Positions 20,433 through 30,264 of a stretch of 64,000 nt of DNA are shown here, piece after piece. Each line of letters opens with the position of its first letter. The stretch's first letter is position 1. Where the stretch lies: assembly GCA_965199715.1 (NCBI GenBank), contig OZ241322.1, positions 2,048,001 through 2,112,000 of the forward strand. Direction: 5' to 3'. A program made the translations under genes and the position numbers. A model generated the notes under the pieces. The model saw only the letters and a program-made list of their open reading frames with translations. It did no database searches and was not told the origin of the DNA. The stretch comes from Vicinamibacteria bacterium. Lineage in GTDB: Bacteria > Acidobacteriota > Vicinamibacteria > Marinacidobacterales > Marinacidobacteraceae.

Positions 20433-22589
20433 TCAGTACTCGGCGAGCCGGACGATTTCCGCCGTCAGGTCCTCGACCTGGGGCAGGGTGGCCGCCTCGA
20501 GCGCCGGGTTGTAGGCGATCCACGTGTCCTTCGCGGCGGCCCGCCGCACCGGCGCGTCGAGATCCTCGAAGAGCTCGTCGGCGATGCGGGCCGCGATCTC
20601 GGCGCCGTAGCCGAAGCTGCGCGTGTCCTCGTAGGCCACGAGCGCCCGGTTCGTCTTCCGCACGCTCGCCGCGATCGCGTCCCAGTCGTAGGGCGCGAGC
20701 GACCGCAGGTCGAGGATCTCCACCGAGATCCCCTCGTCGGCGAGCGCCTTCCGGGCGGCGAGCTCGGCCCGGTGCACCAGCGCCCCGAAAGTCACCACCG
20801 TCAGGTCAGTACCGCTCTGGACGGTCCGCGCCTTGCCGAACGGGATCGTGAAGTCGGGGCCGGGATCGGGGCTCTTGTTGTAGGTCTGCCGGTACAGGTG
20901 CTTGTGCTCGAGGAAGATCACCGGGTCGTCGCTGCGGATCGCGGTCCGCAGCAACCCGGCGGCGTCGAGCGCCGTCGCCGGCATCACCACCCGCAGGCCG
21001 GGCAGGTGCGTGAAGAGCGCCTCCGCCGACTGGCTGTGGTACACCGCGCCTCCGGTCAGGTATCCGCCGGACGGAACCCGCATCACGAGCGGGGCCGAGT
21101 ACGCCCCGTTCGCCCGCCAACGCAGGCTCGCGATCTCGTTGCGGATCTGCATGTAGGCCGGCCAGATGTAGTCGAGGAACTGGATCTCCGCCACGGGGCG
21201 GATCCCCGTCAGCGACATCCCGCAGGCGACCCCGGCGATCGTGGCCTCGGCCAACGGCGTGTTGAACACCCGCTCCGACCCGAACTCGCGCTGGAGCCCC
21301 TGGCTCACCTTGAATACGCCGCCCTTGCCCTTGACCTCGCCGAGGTGCTCCTCCCGGCTCATGTCGGCCACGTCCTGCCCGAAGAGCACCACTCGCGGAT
21401 CGCGCTCCATTTCCTGGCGCAGGGTCAGGTTGACGAGATCCACCATGGTTCCCGGCTTGGCGCCGGGCGCGAAACGCGGCTCGGCGGCGAAGGCGTCCGA
21501 GCACGGATCCACGTTCGAGCTGTAGAGGTGCTCGTGGACGGTCTCCGGAGCGGGCCACGGCAGGGCGAGCGCGGCGCTCGCCGCGTCGGCCACCTCGTCC
21601 TTCACTTCGGATTCGAGCGCCGCGAGCTCCTCTGCGGACGCGCCGCCCGAATCCACGACGCGACGGCTCAGCAGCCGGATCGGATCGCGGGCGCGCTCGC
21701 GGTCCAGCTCGTCCGGGGTCTTGTAGTCGCGGTCGTCGTCCGAGAGCGAGTGGGACAGGAACCGCACGACCGACGCCTGCACCACCGCCGGCCCCGCGCC
21801 CGAGCGGACGTGGTCCACGGCCTCGGCCATCGTCCGCCAAGATTCCTCGTAGTCGCAGCCGTCGCAGGCGAGCACCTTCAGGCCCGGGTGGCCGCGCACC
21901 AACCCGGCGATGGAGCCGCCGGCGGTCTGGTGCTCCACCGGCACCGAGATCGCGTACCCGTTGTCCTCGATCAGGAAGATCACCGGGAGGTTGCGCAGGC
22001 ACGCGCTGTTGAGCGCTTCCCAGAACTCGCCCTCGCTGGTCGCGCCGTCGCCGGCGCACACCATCACGAGCGCGTCCGGGTGCTTTCGCTGCAGCCGAAG
22101 ACCGTGCGCGACCCCCACCGCGTGGAGGAACTGGGTGCCCACGCAGCTCGAATGGACCGCAAGGCCCAATTCCCGCTTGACGAAGTGGGACGGCATCTGA
22201 CGTCCGCCCGACGACGGGTCGGCGGCGGCGCCCCACGCCGCGGCGAACATCTCCGTCGGGGTCAACCCGAGCCGCAGCGCGAGCGCCCGGTCCCGGTAGT
22301 ACCCGAAGACCCAGTCCGTGGCCGGGCGCAGGAACGCGCCGGCGGCCGCGCCGATGGCCTCGTGGCCGGCGCCGCTGATCTGGAAGAACGACTTGTTCTG
22401 GCGCTTGAGGGTGATTTCCCGCAGGTCCACCGCCCTCGATACATGCATCAACCGCAGGACGTCCAGCAGCGCGGCGGACGTGAACGCCGCCTCTTCTCCG
22501 GACGCGCCGCTAGGGCCCCCGGACCCCTCCCAAGCCCCTCCCGAGTCCTCGGCCGCGCCGTTGCTGCGGGTGAGGTCGGGATCAGTCAA
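20433..22589 (-). CDS. 2-oxoacid dehydrogenase E1 alpha/beta fusion (branched-chain/pyruvate type)
   Basis: GDGATSEG...N TPP motif, HSLSDD, beta-part NTPLAE, EIQFLDY, YHSQS, LEHKHLY. Start codon uncertain. Confidence 0.93.
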   Translation of the reverse strand: MTDPDLTRSNGAAEDSGGAWEGSGGPSGASGEEAAFTSAALLDVLRLMHVSRAVDLREITLKRQNKSFFQISGAGHEAIGAAAGAFLRPATDWVFGYYRDRALALRLGLTPTEMFAAAWGAAADPSSGGRQMPSHFVKRELGLAVHSSCVGTQFLHAVGVAHGLRLQRKHPDALVMVCAGDGATSEGEFWEALNSACLRNLPVIFLIEDNGYAISVPVEHQTAGGSIAGLVRGHPGLKVLACDGCDYEESWRTMAEAVDHVRSGAGPAVVQASVVRFLSHSLSDDDRDYKTPDELDRERARDPIRLLSRRVVDSGGASAEELAALESEVKDEVADAASAALALPWPAPETVHEHLYSSNVDPCSDAFAAEPRFAPGAKPGTMVDLVNLTLRQEMERDPRVVLFGQDVADMSREEHLGEVKGKGGVFKVSQGLQREFGSERVFNTPLAEATIAGVACGMSLTGIRPVAEIQFLDYIWPAYMQIRNEIASLRWRANGAYSAPLVMRVPSGGYLTGGAVYHSQSAEALFTHLPGLRVVMPATALDAAGLLRTAIRSDDPVIFLEHKHLYRQTYNKSPDPGPDFTIPFGKARTVQSGTDLTVVTFGALVHRAELAARKALADEGISVEILDLRSLAPYDWDAIAASVRKTNRALVAYEDTRSFGYGAEIAARIADELFEDLDAPVRRAAAKDTWIAYNPALEAATLPQVEDLTAEIVRLAEY

Positions 22590-22669
22590 TCGTCAGGAGG
22601 CGATGGCTCTCGGCCGAATCGGGCCGACGATTATAGGCCGGAGGTCCGCTCCGGCCGCCCCCCGGGATC

Positions 22670-23020
22670 TCAGCGCGCGAGCGCTTCGCCCGGCTTCTTC
22701 CGGTACTGCCGGTATTCGTAGGTCCGGTCGCGGTCCTCGGCGAGCCGCATCCCCTCGTCGTACTTGAACATGTGGATCGCGTCGTAGTCCGGCGGACAGA
22801 ACTTGGCGCACAGTTGGCAGCCGATGCAGGTCTCGACGTTGACCTCGCAGATTTCCCCCACCGCCTTCGGCTCGGGATCGGGGACGAGCGTGATGCAGTC
22901 CTTGACCGGGCAGACCGCGATGCACATCTCGCAGCCGCGCCCGAAGCACTTTCCGGCATCCACGTAGGCGAGGATTTTCGGCTGCCGCTTCCTCGGTCCG
23001 GTGATCAGGACATCCTGCAT
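22670..23020 (-). CDS. 2x[4Fe-4S] ferredoxin-like protein
   Basis: CFGRGCEMCIAVCP and CIGCQLCAKFCP motifs. Confidence 0.88.
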   Translation of the reverse strand: MQDVLITGPRKRQPKILAYVDAGKCFGRGCEMCIAVCPVKDCITLVPDPEPKAVGEICEVNVETCIGCQLCAKFCPPDYDAIHMFKYDEGMRLAEDRDRTYEYRQYRKKPGEALAR

Positions 23021-23052
23021 GACGCCGTCAGAGTACCATTAGGGACGTTCCC

Positions 23053-24282
23053 ATGAGTCCTGCATCCGCCCTCGGTCGTCCCGAGCCGAAACCCGGAACG
23101 CACTACCGCCGGGGCCTCGGACTCCACGACGAGATCATCGGCGATGTCCAGCAGGATTACTCCGGGAGCGTCGTCCGGTTCGCCCGCGAGAACGGGTTTC
23201 GGTTCCGTGCCGGGGCGGTCCGGTTCCGGCTCGCCCGCGAGTTCGGATTCTGCTACGGAGTGGACCGAGCGATCGAGTACGCCTACGAGGCGAATCGCCG
23301 TTTCCCCGACCGGCGCATCTTCATCACCGGCGAGATCATCCACAACCCCTACGTGAACCGCCGGCTCTCCGGCATGGGGATCCGGTTCCTCGAGGGCGAG
23401 CCCGCCAGCGAGGCCAAGTTCGAGGGCATCGGGCCCGAGGACGTGGTCCTGCTGCCGGCGTTCGGGGTGGACACGACGGAACTCGAGATCCTGCGCCGCC
23501 GCCGCGCCGTGCTCGTCGATACGACCTGCGGCTCGGTGATGAACGTCTGGAAGAACGTGGAGCGCTACCGCCGCGACTCGCGCACCGCGGTCGTGCACGG
23601 CAAGGCCTCGCACGAGGAGACCCGCGCCACGACGTCCCGCGCCGGCACGTTCATCGTGCTTCTGGACATGGCCGAGGCCGAGATCGCCTGCCACCAGATC
23701 CGGAACCCGGGCGCCCTGTCGCCCGAAGCGTTCCGGGCGCGGTTCGAGGGGGCGCTCTCGCCCGGTTTCGACCCGGAGACGGATCTGGGCCGGATCGGGC
23801 TCGCGAACCAGACCACGATGCTCTCGGGCGAGTCGCTCGAGATCGCGCGGGTGCTGGGCGAGGCGCTTCGGGATCGCTACGGCGAGGAGGAGCTTCCCGA
23901 CCGGTTCCGCTCCTTCGACACGATCTGCAGCGCCACGCAGGAGCGGCAGGACGCCGTGGAGCAGCTCCTCGACGAGGAGAAGATGGACCTCGTCCTGGTG
24001 GTCGGCGGCTTCAACTCGTCGAACACCTCCCACCTCGAGGAGATCTGCTCGCGCGAGCTTCCCGCCTTCCACGTCTCGGGCCCCGAGGACTTGGAGTCGG
24101 GGGGCCGGATCCGCTGCCGCCGGGAGGGTTCGGTCGGCGAGGAGACCGACTGGCTGCCCGACGGGCCGGTCACCATCGGGCTCACGTCCGGAGCCTCCAC
24201 TCCCGACCTGAAGCTCGAGGAGACGGTTCTCCGGGTGCTCCAGCTCCGCGGCCTCGATCCGGCGGACATCGTTCCGGACTGA
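23053..24282 (+). CDS. ispH: 4-hydroxy-3-methylbut-2-enyl diphosphate reductase
   Basis: FGFCYGVDRA, IIHNP, DTTCGSV, HEET, DTICSATQERQ, GGFNSSNT, SGASTP. Long, cyanobacterial/plant-like form. Confidence 0.96.
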   Translation: MSPASALGRPEPKPGTHYRRGLGLHDEIIGDVQQDYSGSVVRFARENGFRFRAGAVRFRLAREFGFCYGVDRAIEYAYEANRRFPDRRIFITGEIIHNPYVNRRLSGMGIRFLEGEPASEAKFEGIGPEDVVLLPAFGVDTTELEILRRRRAVLVDTTCGSVMNVWKNVERYRRDSRTAVVHGKASHEETRATTSRAGTFIVLLDMAEAEIACHQIRNPGALSPEAFRARFEGALSPGFDPETDLGRIGLANQTTMLSGESLEIARVLGEALRDRYGEEELPDRFRSFDTICSATQERQDAVEQLLDEEKMDLVLVVGGFNSSNTSHLEEICSRELPAFHVSGPEDLESGGRIRCRREGSVGEETDWLPDGPVTIGLTSGASTPDLKLEETVLRVLQLRGLDPADIVPD

Positions 24283-24288
24283 CCGGCG

Positions 24289-26379
24289 GTGCGCACCGTC
24301 GGCCCGGCTGATCGGGCCGCCGCGCACGCCCGCCCGGGGATTCCGCAGCGGGTCGCCTCCCGCGCCTTCCGGGTGCGCAGCCAGTTCCGTCCGGCCGGCG
24401 GCCAGGAGGCCGCGATCGACGCGCTGGTCGGGGGCCTCGACCGGGGCGACCCGCTGCAGGTGCTGCTCGGGGTGACCGGTTCGGGCAAGACCTACACCGT
24501 GGCGAAGGTCATCGAGGCCGTGAACCGCCCGGCGCTGGTGGTCGCCCACAACAAGACCCTCGCGGCGCAGCTCTACCAGGAGTTCCGGCAGTTCTTACCC
24601 GACAACGCCGTCGAGTACTTCGTCAGCTACTACGACTATTACCAGCCGGAGGCCTACGTCCCCCAGAGCGACACGTACATCGAGAAGGAGGCCACGATCA
24701 ACGAGGAGATCGACCGGCTCCGCCTGTCCGCGACCCGTTCGCTCTTCGAGCGCGACGACGTCCTGATCGTCGCGAGCGTCTCGTGCATCTACGGCCTCGG
24801 CTCCCCCGAGGCCTACTACGGGATGCTCGTGGCGTTCGAGGAGGGCGCGTCGTTTCCGTCGCGCCGGGCGCTGCTCGCCAAGCTCGTGGAGATGCAGTAC
24901 GTCCGCAACGACTTCGCGCTGGAGCGGGGGCGGTTCCGGGTGCGCGGCGACACGGTGGAGATCGTGCCCGGCTACGACGACGTCGGCCTGCGCATCCGTC
25001 TCTTCGGCGACGAAGTGGAGCGCATCTCCCGGTTCGACCCGCTCACCGGGCGCGAGCACTCGCGCGAGAGCCGGGTCACGCTCTTCCCCCGCACGCACTA
25101 CGTGGCGGCGGCGGAGGATCTGAACCGGGCGCTCGGGTCCATCCGCGCCGAACTGGACGAGCGCCACCCCGAGCTGCTGCGGCGGGATAAGCGGCTCGAG
25201 GCGCAGCGGCTCATGCAGCGGACGCTCTTCGACCTCGACATGCTGGCCGAGACCGGCCATTGCCACGGCATCGAGAACTACTCGCGTCACTTCACCGGGC
25301 GCGCCCCGGGCGAGCCGCCCCCGACGCTCATGGACTACCTGCCCCGAAACACGCTCGTGGTCGTGGACGAGAGCCACCAGACGCACCCGCAGATCCGCGG
25401 CATGTACGCCGGCGACCAGGCCCGCAAGCGCGTTCTCGTGGAGCACGGCTTCCGCCTCCCGTCGGCGCTCGACAACCGCCCGCTCAACTTCGAGGAGTGG
25501 GAGCGGCGGATCGGTCAGGTGATCGCGGTCTCCGCGACTCCGGGGCCCTACGAGCTGGACGCCGCCGGCGGCTCGGTGGTCGAGCAGATCATCCGTCCCA
25601 CCGGACTCGTGGATCCGGCGGTCGAGGTGCGCCCGGCGGGGAATCAGGTGGACGACCTGCTGGAGGAGATCCGCACCACTGTCGGGAACGGCGAGCGGGT
25701 GCTCGTGACCACCCTCACCAAGCGCATGGCGGAGGATCTCGCCGAGTATCTCCACGAGCTCGGCGTGCGCTGCCGGTACATGCACGCCGACATCGACACC
25801 CTCGAACGCATCCAGATCCTGCGCTCGCTGCGGCTCGGCGAGTTCGACGTGCTCGTCGGGATCAACCTGCTGCGGGAGGGCCTCGACCTGCCCGAGGTGT
25901 CGCTGGTGGCGATCCTCGACGCGGACCGCGAGGGGTATCTGCGATCCGAGGGCGCCCTGATCCAGACGATCGGACGCGCGGCCCGCAACGTCGCCGGGCG
26001 GGCCATCCTCTACGCCGACCGAGTGACCGGATCGATGGAGCGCGCGATCGGCGAAACCCGCCGCCGCCGGGCGCTCCAGGAGGAGCACAACCGGGAGCAC
26101 GGGATCGTTCCGCAGACGGTGGTCAAGGACGTCGCGACGCACCTCGTCGGCGAGACGGCGGACGCCGCCGCGATCGACGAGGACGACTGGGCGCGGGCCG
26201 TCGGCCTCCTCGAATCGCCCGAGGGAAGCCCCGAAGAGGTCGAGAAGACCGTGGTCCGCCTCCGCAGGGAGATGAAGAAGGCGTCGCGCGAGCTGGAGTT
26301 CGAGCGCGCCGCCAAGATTCGCGACCGCATCCGGGAGCTCCAGCAGTTCGCGTTGCTCCGCGACGCCGGCGAGGTCTGA
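24289..26379 (+). CDS. uvrB: Excinuclease ABC subunit B
   Basis: [46 protein letters not shown]-terminal UVR domain [11 protein letters not shown]. Start approximate. Confidence 0.98.
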   Translation: MRTVGPADRAAAHARPGIPQRVASRAFRVRSQFRPAGGQEAAIDALVGGLDRGDPLQVLLGVTGSGKTYTVAKVIEAVNRPALVVAHNKTLAAQLYQEFRQFLPDNAVEYFVSYYDYYQPEAYVPQSDTYIEKEATINEEIDRLRLSATRSLFERDDVLIVASVSCIYGLGSPEAYYGMLVAFEEGASFPSRRALLAKLVEMQYVRNDFALERGRFRVRGDTVEIVPGYDDVGLRIRLFGDEVERISRFDPLTGREHSRESRVTLFPRTHYVAAAEDLNRALGSIRAELDERHPELLRRDKRLEAQRLMQRTLFDLDMLAETGHCHGIENYSRHFTGRAPGEPPPTLMDYLPRNTLVVVDESHQTHPQIRGMYAGDQARKRVLVEHGFRLPSALDNRPLNFEEWERRIGQVIAVSATPGPYELDAAGGSVVEQIIRPTGLVDPAVEVRPAGNQVDDLLEEIRTTVGNGERVLVTTLTKRMAEDLAEYLHELGVRCRYMHADIDTLERIQILRSLRLGEFDVLVGINLLREGLDLPEVSLVAILDADREGYLRSEGALIQTIGRAARNVAGRAILYADRVTGSMERAIGETRRRRALQEEHNREHGIVPQTVVKDVATHLVGETADAAAIDEDDWARAVGLLESPEGSPEEVEKTVVRLRREMKKASRELEFERAAKIRDRIRELQQFALLRDAGEV
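26335..26379 (+). repeat. 45-bp direct repeat, copy 1 (3' end of uvrB including TGA)
   Basis: GAGCTCCAGCAGTTCGCGTTGCTCCGCGACGCCGGCGAGGTCTGA, 43/45 identical to 27119-27163. Confidence 0.95.
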
Positions 26380-26408
26380 CGAGGAACGTCGCCTGCTACC
26401 TTGTCGCG

Positions 26409-26971
26409 ATGAGCCTCTTGTGCGGCGATGAACCCTTCCACGCCAGCGGAATGCCGCGCAATGTCTCCCTGAGGGACTACTGGCGCCGGTCTTCGTCCAA
26501 CCTTCTGAACGACATCGAACGCGCCGCCCTCGTTCACGGTCTGGTCCGTCGTGTGTTCGGGCAGCCCACGGAGCCACGCGATCGTTGGGAGGCGCATGAC
26601 TTGGAGACCTCAGGCGGGATCAAGGTCGCCGTACGGACCACGGCCTACTTCTGTCGTGGGGTGACGGCCCGGCAGATCCAACGGGAATGGAGTTCGCCAT
26701 CGCTCCGCCCAAAGGGGGGACAAGGCGCACGACCGACGTGTACGTTTTCTGTGTGCTGGGAGACCCCGAAGCGACGGAACCTGATCCTCTGGACCTCGAC
26801 CAATGGGAGTTCTCCGTCCTTGGCGGGGCGATTCTGCACCGTGAGGCGGAGGGCCAGAAGAACATCAGCATTCGCCCGCTGGAGCGGCTCGTGAAAGCCG
26901 CGCCCGGGGCGGGACCCGTGAGGTACGACCGTCTCCGAGCGGCAATCGAGCGGCTTGCGTCGGCTGGATGA
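26409..26971 (+). pseudogene. Frameshifted paralog of the downstream PD-(D/E)XK-like nuclease
   Basis: MSLLCGDEPF...DYWRRSSSNLL...HDLETSGGIKVAVRTTAYF, then a -1 shift near 26651-26653 (TAC TTC TG TCG TGG, against YFQSW in the paralog), continuing to DVYVFCVLG...EPDPLDLDQWEF...LRAAIER. Confidence 0.8.
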
Positions 26972-27118
26972 CCTCTCGCCGAACGAGGGCGGGGCGGTCC
27001 GAAAGAATTTCGCCCCGCCGCTCCAGACCCTCGGGGATCCCACTCCCGGTCGATGGCGGGCGCTCTCAGGGCGCGAGATCGATTCGTGACGAGAGTTGAC
27101 CCGCTGAGGGCGTCGGCC

Positions 27119-27163
27119 GAGCTCCTGCAGTTCGCGCTGCTCCGCGACGCCGGCGAGGTCTGA
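27119..27163 (+). repeat. 45-bp direct repeat, copy 2 (orphan uvrB 3' end)
   Basis: GAGCTCCTGCAGTTCGCGCTGCTCCGCGACGCCGGCGAGGTCTGA, two substitutions relative to copy 1. Confidence 0.95.
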
Positions 27164-27178
27164 GACCATCCGCGCGCC

Positions 27179-27784
27179 ATGCCTCGCCGAACCTTCCGCA
27201 AACGCGCTCCGCGGCGGCTGCTCGGCGGGGACCAGTCGTTCTGCGCTGGGGGCGCGCCACTCCGCTTCAGACCAGGGGATTACTGGCGCTGGTCCGGCTC
27301 CGATCTCCTGGGGAACACGGGGCGCGGCGTCCTTGCGGAATATCTGGTCGGATGCGCGCTCGACGCGGTGCGCGGTCCTCGCTTGGAGTGGGGCGCCCAC
27401 GACCTGCTCTTCGGCGCGGTCAAGGTCGAAGTGAAGAGCGCCGCGTACTTCCAATCGTGGCCCCAGAAGCGCGCTTCGCCCATCAGATTCGGAGTCGGGC
27501 GCCGCCGTCATGCGTGGGATTCCGAAACGGGTACGGAGGAGCGCGCCGACCCGCCGCAGCGGTGGGCCGACGTGTACGTCTTCTGCGAGCTCGGCGAACC
27601 AGGCGGCACGGAACCCGACCCGTTCAACCTCGACGAATGGCGGTCCTACGTCGCCAGTCGGGCCGTCCTGGACGAGGAGTCGGGAGATCAGAAGACCGTT
27701 TCCCGGCGCCGGCTCGGAGAAATGGGGTGCGCCGCATTGCCCTGCGACCAAATCCGCGCCGCGGTCGAGCGGGCCGCCCGATGA
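27179..27784 (+). CDS. Hypothetical protein, putative PD-(D/E)XK restriction-endonuclease-like fold
   Basis: RGVLAEYLV helix, HDL...KVEVKSAAY (D...E-x-K), ADVYVFC. Stop overlaps the next ATG. Confidence 0.7.
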   Translation: MPRRTFRKRAPRRLLGGDQSFCAGGAPLRFRPGDYWRWSGSDLLGNTGRGVLAEYLVGCALDAVRGPRLEWGAHDLLFGAVKVEVKSAAYFQSWPQKRASPIRFGVGRRRHAWDSETGTEERADPPQRWADVYVFCELGEPGGTEPDPFNLDEWRSYVASRAVLDEESGDQKTVSRRRLGEMGCAALPCDQIRAAVERAAR

Positions 27785-29073
27785 GCCTCGCCGACACGAT
27801 CCGCGAAAAGCACGACCGGTACGTGCTGCCGGCCGTCCAGACCTTCTACGACCAGCCCATGCCGGTCGTGAAGGGGGCCGGGAAGCACGTCTGGGACGCC
27901 GACGGGACCCGCTACCTCGACTTTTTCGGCGGCATCGTCACCGTCGGGCTCGGTCACTGCCACCCGGAAGTGAACGCCGCCGTCAAGGAGCAGGTGGACA
28001 CCCTCCAGCACTGCTCCACGCTGCTGCCGAACCAGCCGATGGTGGACGTGGCCGAACGCCTCGCCGCCGTGGCCCCCGGCGACTGCGACCGCAGCTTCTT
28101 CACGAACTCGGGCACCGAGGCCAACGAGATGGCCATCCTGCTCGCCGAGCTGCACACCGGGAGCAACGAGCTCATCACGCTCCGCCACGGCTACGCCGGA
28201 CGCAGCCTGATGACCATGAGCGCCACCGGGCAGGCGCCCTGGCGGCTCGGCGGCACCCACGTGCCCGGCATGAAGGTCGTGGCGAACGCCTACTGCTATC
28301 GCTGCCCCTTCGGCCTCGAGTACCCGTCCTGCGACCTGCGCTGCGCCCGCGACATCGAGGACGTCATCCAGACCACCACCTCGGGCCGCGTGGCCGGCTT
28401 CATCGCCGAGCCGATCCAGGGGGTCGGCGGCTTCATCACGCCGCCGCCCGGCTACTTCGAGGTCGCCGTCGAGATCGTGCGCCGCTACGGCGGGGTCTTC
28501 ATCTGCGACGAGATCCAGACCGGCTGGGGCCGCACCGGGACCCTCAACGGCATCGAGCACTGGGACGTGACCCCCGACGTCGTCACCTACGCCAAGGCGC
28601 TCGGCAACGGCGTTCCGGTGGGCGCGACCGTGGCCAGCGGCGCGATCGGCGCGGCGGTCACGGGAAGCACGCTCTCGACCTTCGGCGGCAATCCGGTGAG
28701 CATGGCCGCCGCCCGCACCGTGATCGACGTGGTGCGGCGCGACCGCCTCCACGAGAACGCCGAGCGCGTCGGCCGGCACTTCCGCGAGGGACTCGAGGAG
28801 CTGCAGGCGGCCCACCCGGTGATCGGCGAGGTCCGCGGCAAGGGCCTGATGCTCGCGCTGGAGCTGGTGAAGGACCGCGAGAGCCGCACGCCCGCTCCGG
28901 CCTTCACCGCCCGTTTGCTCGGGGCGGCGCGGGACGAGGGCCTGCTCATCGGCAAGGCGGGCCTGCACCGCAACTGCGTCCGCCTCTCGCCCCCGCTGAA
29001 CATCACCCGGGCGGACGCCGACGAGGCGCTGCGGCTCCTCGGGCGGGCGCTTGCCGCCGCCGCGCATCCGTGA
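27781..29073 (+). CDS. Class III PLP aminotransferase (AGXT2/GabT-like)
   Basis: YLDFFGGI, TNSGTEANE, AEPIQGVGG, DEIQTGWGRTG, TYAKALGNG, STFGGNP. Confidence 0.95.
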   Translation: MSLADTIREKHDRYVLPAVQTFYDQPMPVVKGAGKHVWDADGTRYLDFFGGIVTVGLGHCHPEVNAAVKEQVDTLQHCSTLLPNQPMVDVAERLAAVAPGDCDRSFFTNSGTEANEMAILLAELHTGSNELITLRHGYAGRSLMTMSATGQAPWRLGGTHVPGMKVVANAYCYRCPFGLEYPSCDLRCARDIEDVIQTTTSGRVAGFIAEPIQGVGGFITPPPGYFEVAVEIVRRYGGVFICDEIQTGWGRTGTLNGIEHWDVTPDVVTYAKALGNGVPVGATVASGAIGAAVTGSTLSTFGGNPVSMAAARTVIDVVRRDRLHENAERVGRHFREGLEELQAAHPVIGEVRGKGLMLALELVKDRESRTPAPAFTARLLGAARDEGLLIGKAGLHRNCVRLSPPLNITRADADEALRLLGRALAAAAHP

Positions 29074-30230
29074 GCGGCGCCGGCCCGCTCGCGGGCGTCC
29101 GGATTCTCGATCTCTCGCGGGTGCTCGCCGGCCCCTACGCGACCATGATGCTCGCCGACCTCGGCGCCGAGGTCGTCAAGGTCGAGTCGCCCGCCGGCGA
29201 CGACACCCGGACGTGGGGCCCGCCCTTCAAGGCGGGCGAGAGCGCGTACTTCCTCGCGGTGAACCGGGGCAAGAGGAGCGTCGCGCTCGACCTCAAGACC
29301 GAAGCCGGCAAGGATCGGCTTCGGCGGCTCCTCGAACGCAGCGACGTTCTGGTCGAGAACTTCCGGCCCGGCGCGATGGCCCGCCTCGGCTTCGCTCCGG
29401 AGGAGACCATGGCGCGCCATCCCCGCCTCGTCTGGTGCTCGGTCTCAGCCTACGGGCAGTACGGGCCGAAATCGCGCTCCCCCGGCTACGACGCGATCAT
29501 GCAGGGCGAGGCCGGCTGGATGAGCCTCACCGGTCCGGCGGAGGGACCGCCCTCCAAGGTGGGAGCCTCGCTCGCCGACATCACCGCCGGCATGATGGCC
29601 AGCTCCGGGATTCTCGCCGCGCTCTTCGCGCGGGAACGCGACGGACGGGGCCGCCGGGTGGACGTCGCGCTGTTCGACGCGGTCGTGGCCACGCTGTGCT
29701 ACCAGGCCCAGGGCTACCTGCTCACCGGCGAGCCGCCCGCGCGCAGCGGCAACAGCCATCCGGCGCTGACCCCCTACGAGAGCTTCGAGGCGAGCGACGG
29801 GCACGTCATCGTGGGGGTCGGCAACGACGCGACGTGGGCCCGATTCTGCGCCGTCGCCTGCCCCGAGCTGGACGCGCCGCGCTTCTCGAAGAACCCGGAC
29901 CGAGTGCGCCAGCGCCCGGAATTGCGCTCGCTCCTCGAGCCGGTCTTCCGGGCGCGCTCCGTCGGCGCGTGGGAGACGCTGCTCGGCGACGCCGGGGTGC
30001 CGGTCGGGCGCGTGCGCAGCGTCGCCGACATCCTCGACGGCGAGCAGCTCCGGGCGCGGGGGATGCTGGTCGAGCGGGACCACCCGGCGGTCGGCCGGCT
30101 TCGCCTCGTCGGCAACCCGGTCCAGATCGACGGAGCGAGCCGGACCGCGGCGCTTCCGCCCCCGACGCGCGGCCAGCACACCGCGGAGGTGCTCGCCTCG
30201 CTCGGAGGCGACGCGCTCGGCCGCTGCTAG
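29070..30230 (+). CDS. CaiB/BaiF family CoA transferase
   Basis: LDLSRVLAGP, LADLGAEVVKVE, NRGKRS, ENFRPG, GYDAIMQ. Confidence 0.95.
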   Translation: MSGAGPLAGVRILDLSRVLAGPYATMMLADLGAEVVKVESPAGDDTRTWGPPFKAGESAYFLAVNRGKRSVALDLKTEAGKDRLRRLLERSDVLVENFRPGAMARLGFAPEETMARHPRLVWCSVSAYGQYGPKSRSPGYDAIMQGEAGWMSLTGPAEGPPSKVGASLADITAGMMASSGILAALFARERDGRGRRVDVALFDAVVATLCYQAQGYLLTGEPPARSGNSHPALTPYESFEASDGHVIVGVGNDATWARFCAVACPELDAPRFSKNPDRVRQRPELRSLLEPVFRARSVGAWETLLGDAGVPVGRVRSVADILDGEQLRARGMLVERDHPAVGRLRLVGNPVQIDGASRTAALPPPTRGQHTAEVLASLGGDALGRC

Positions 30231-30264
30231 CATTGGGCCGAAGGGTGGGGACTTCGATCGCGCC

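Noticed and set aside
26335-27163. 45-bp repeat considered as a CRISPR array or an IS target-site duplication
   Set aside because: Only two copies, about 740 bp apart, matching uvrB coding sequence. No cas or transposase genes, and too long for a target-site duplication.
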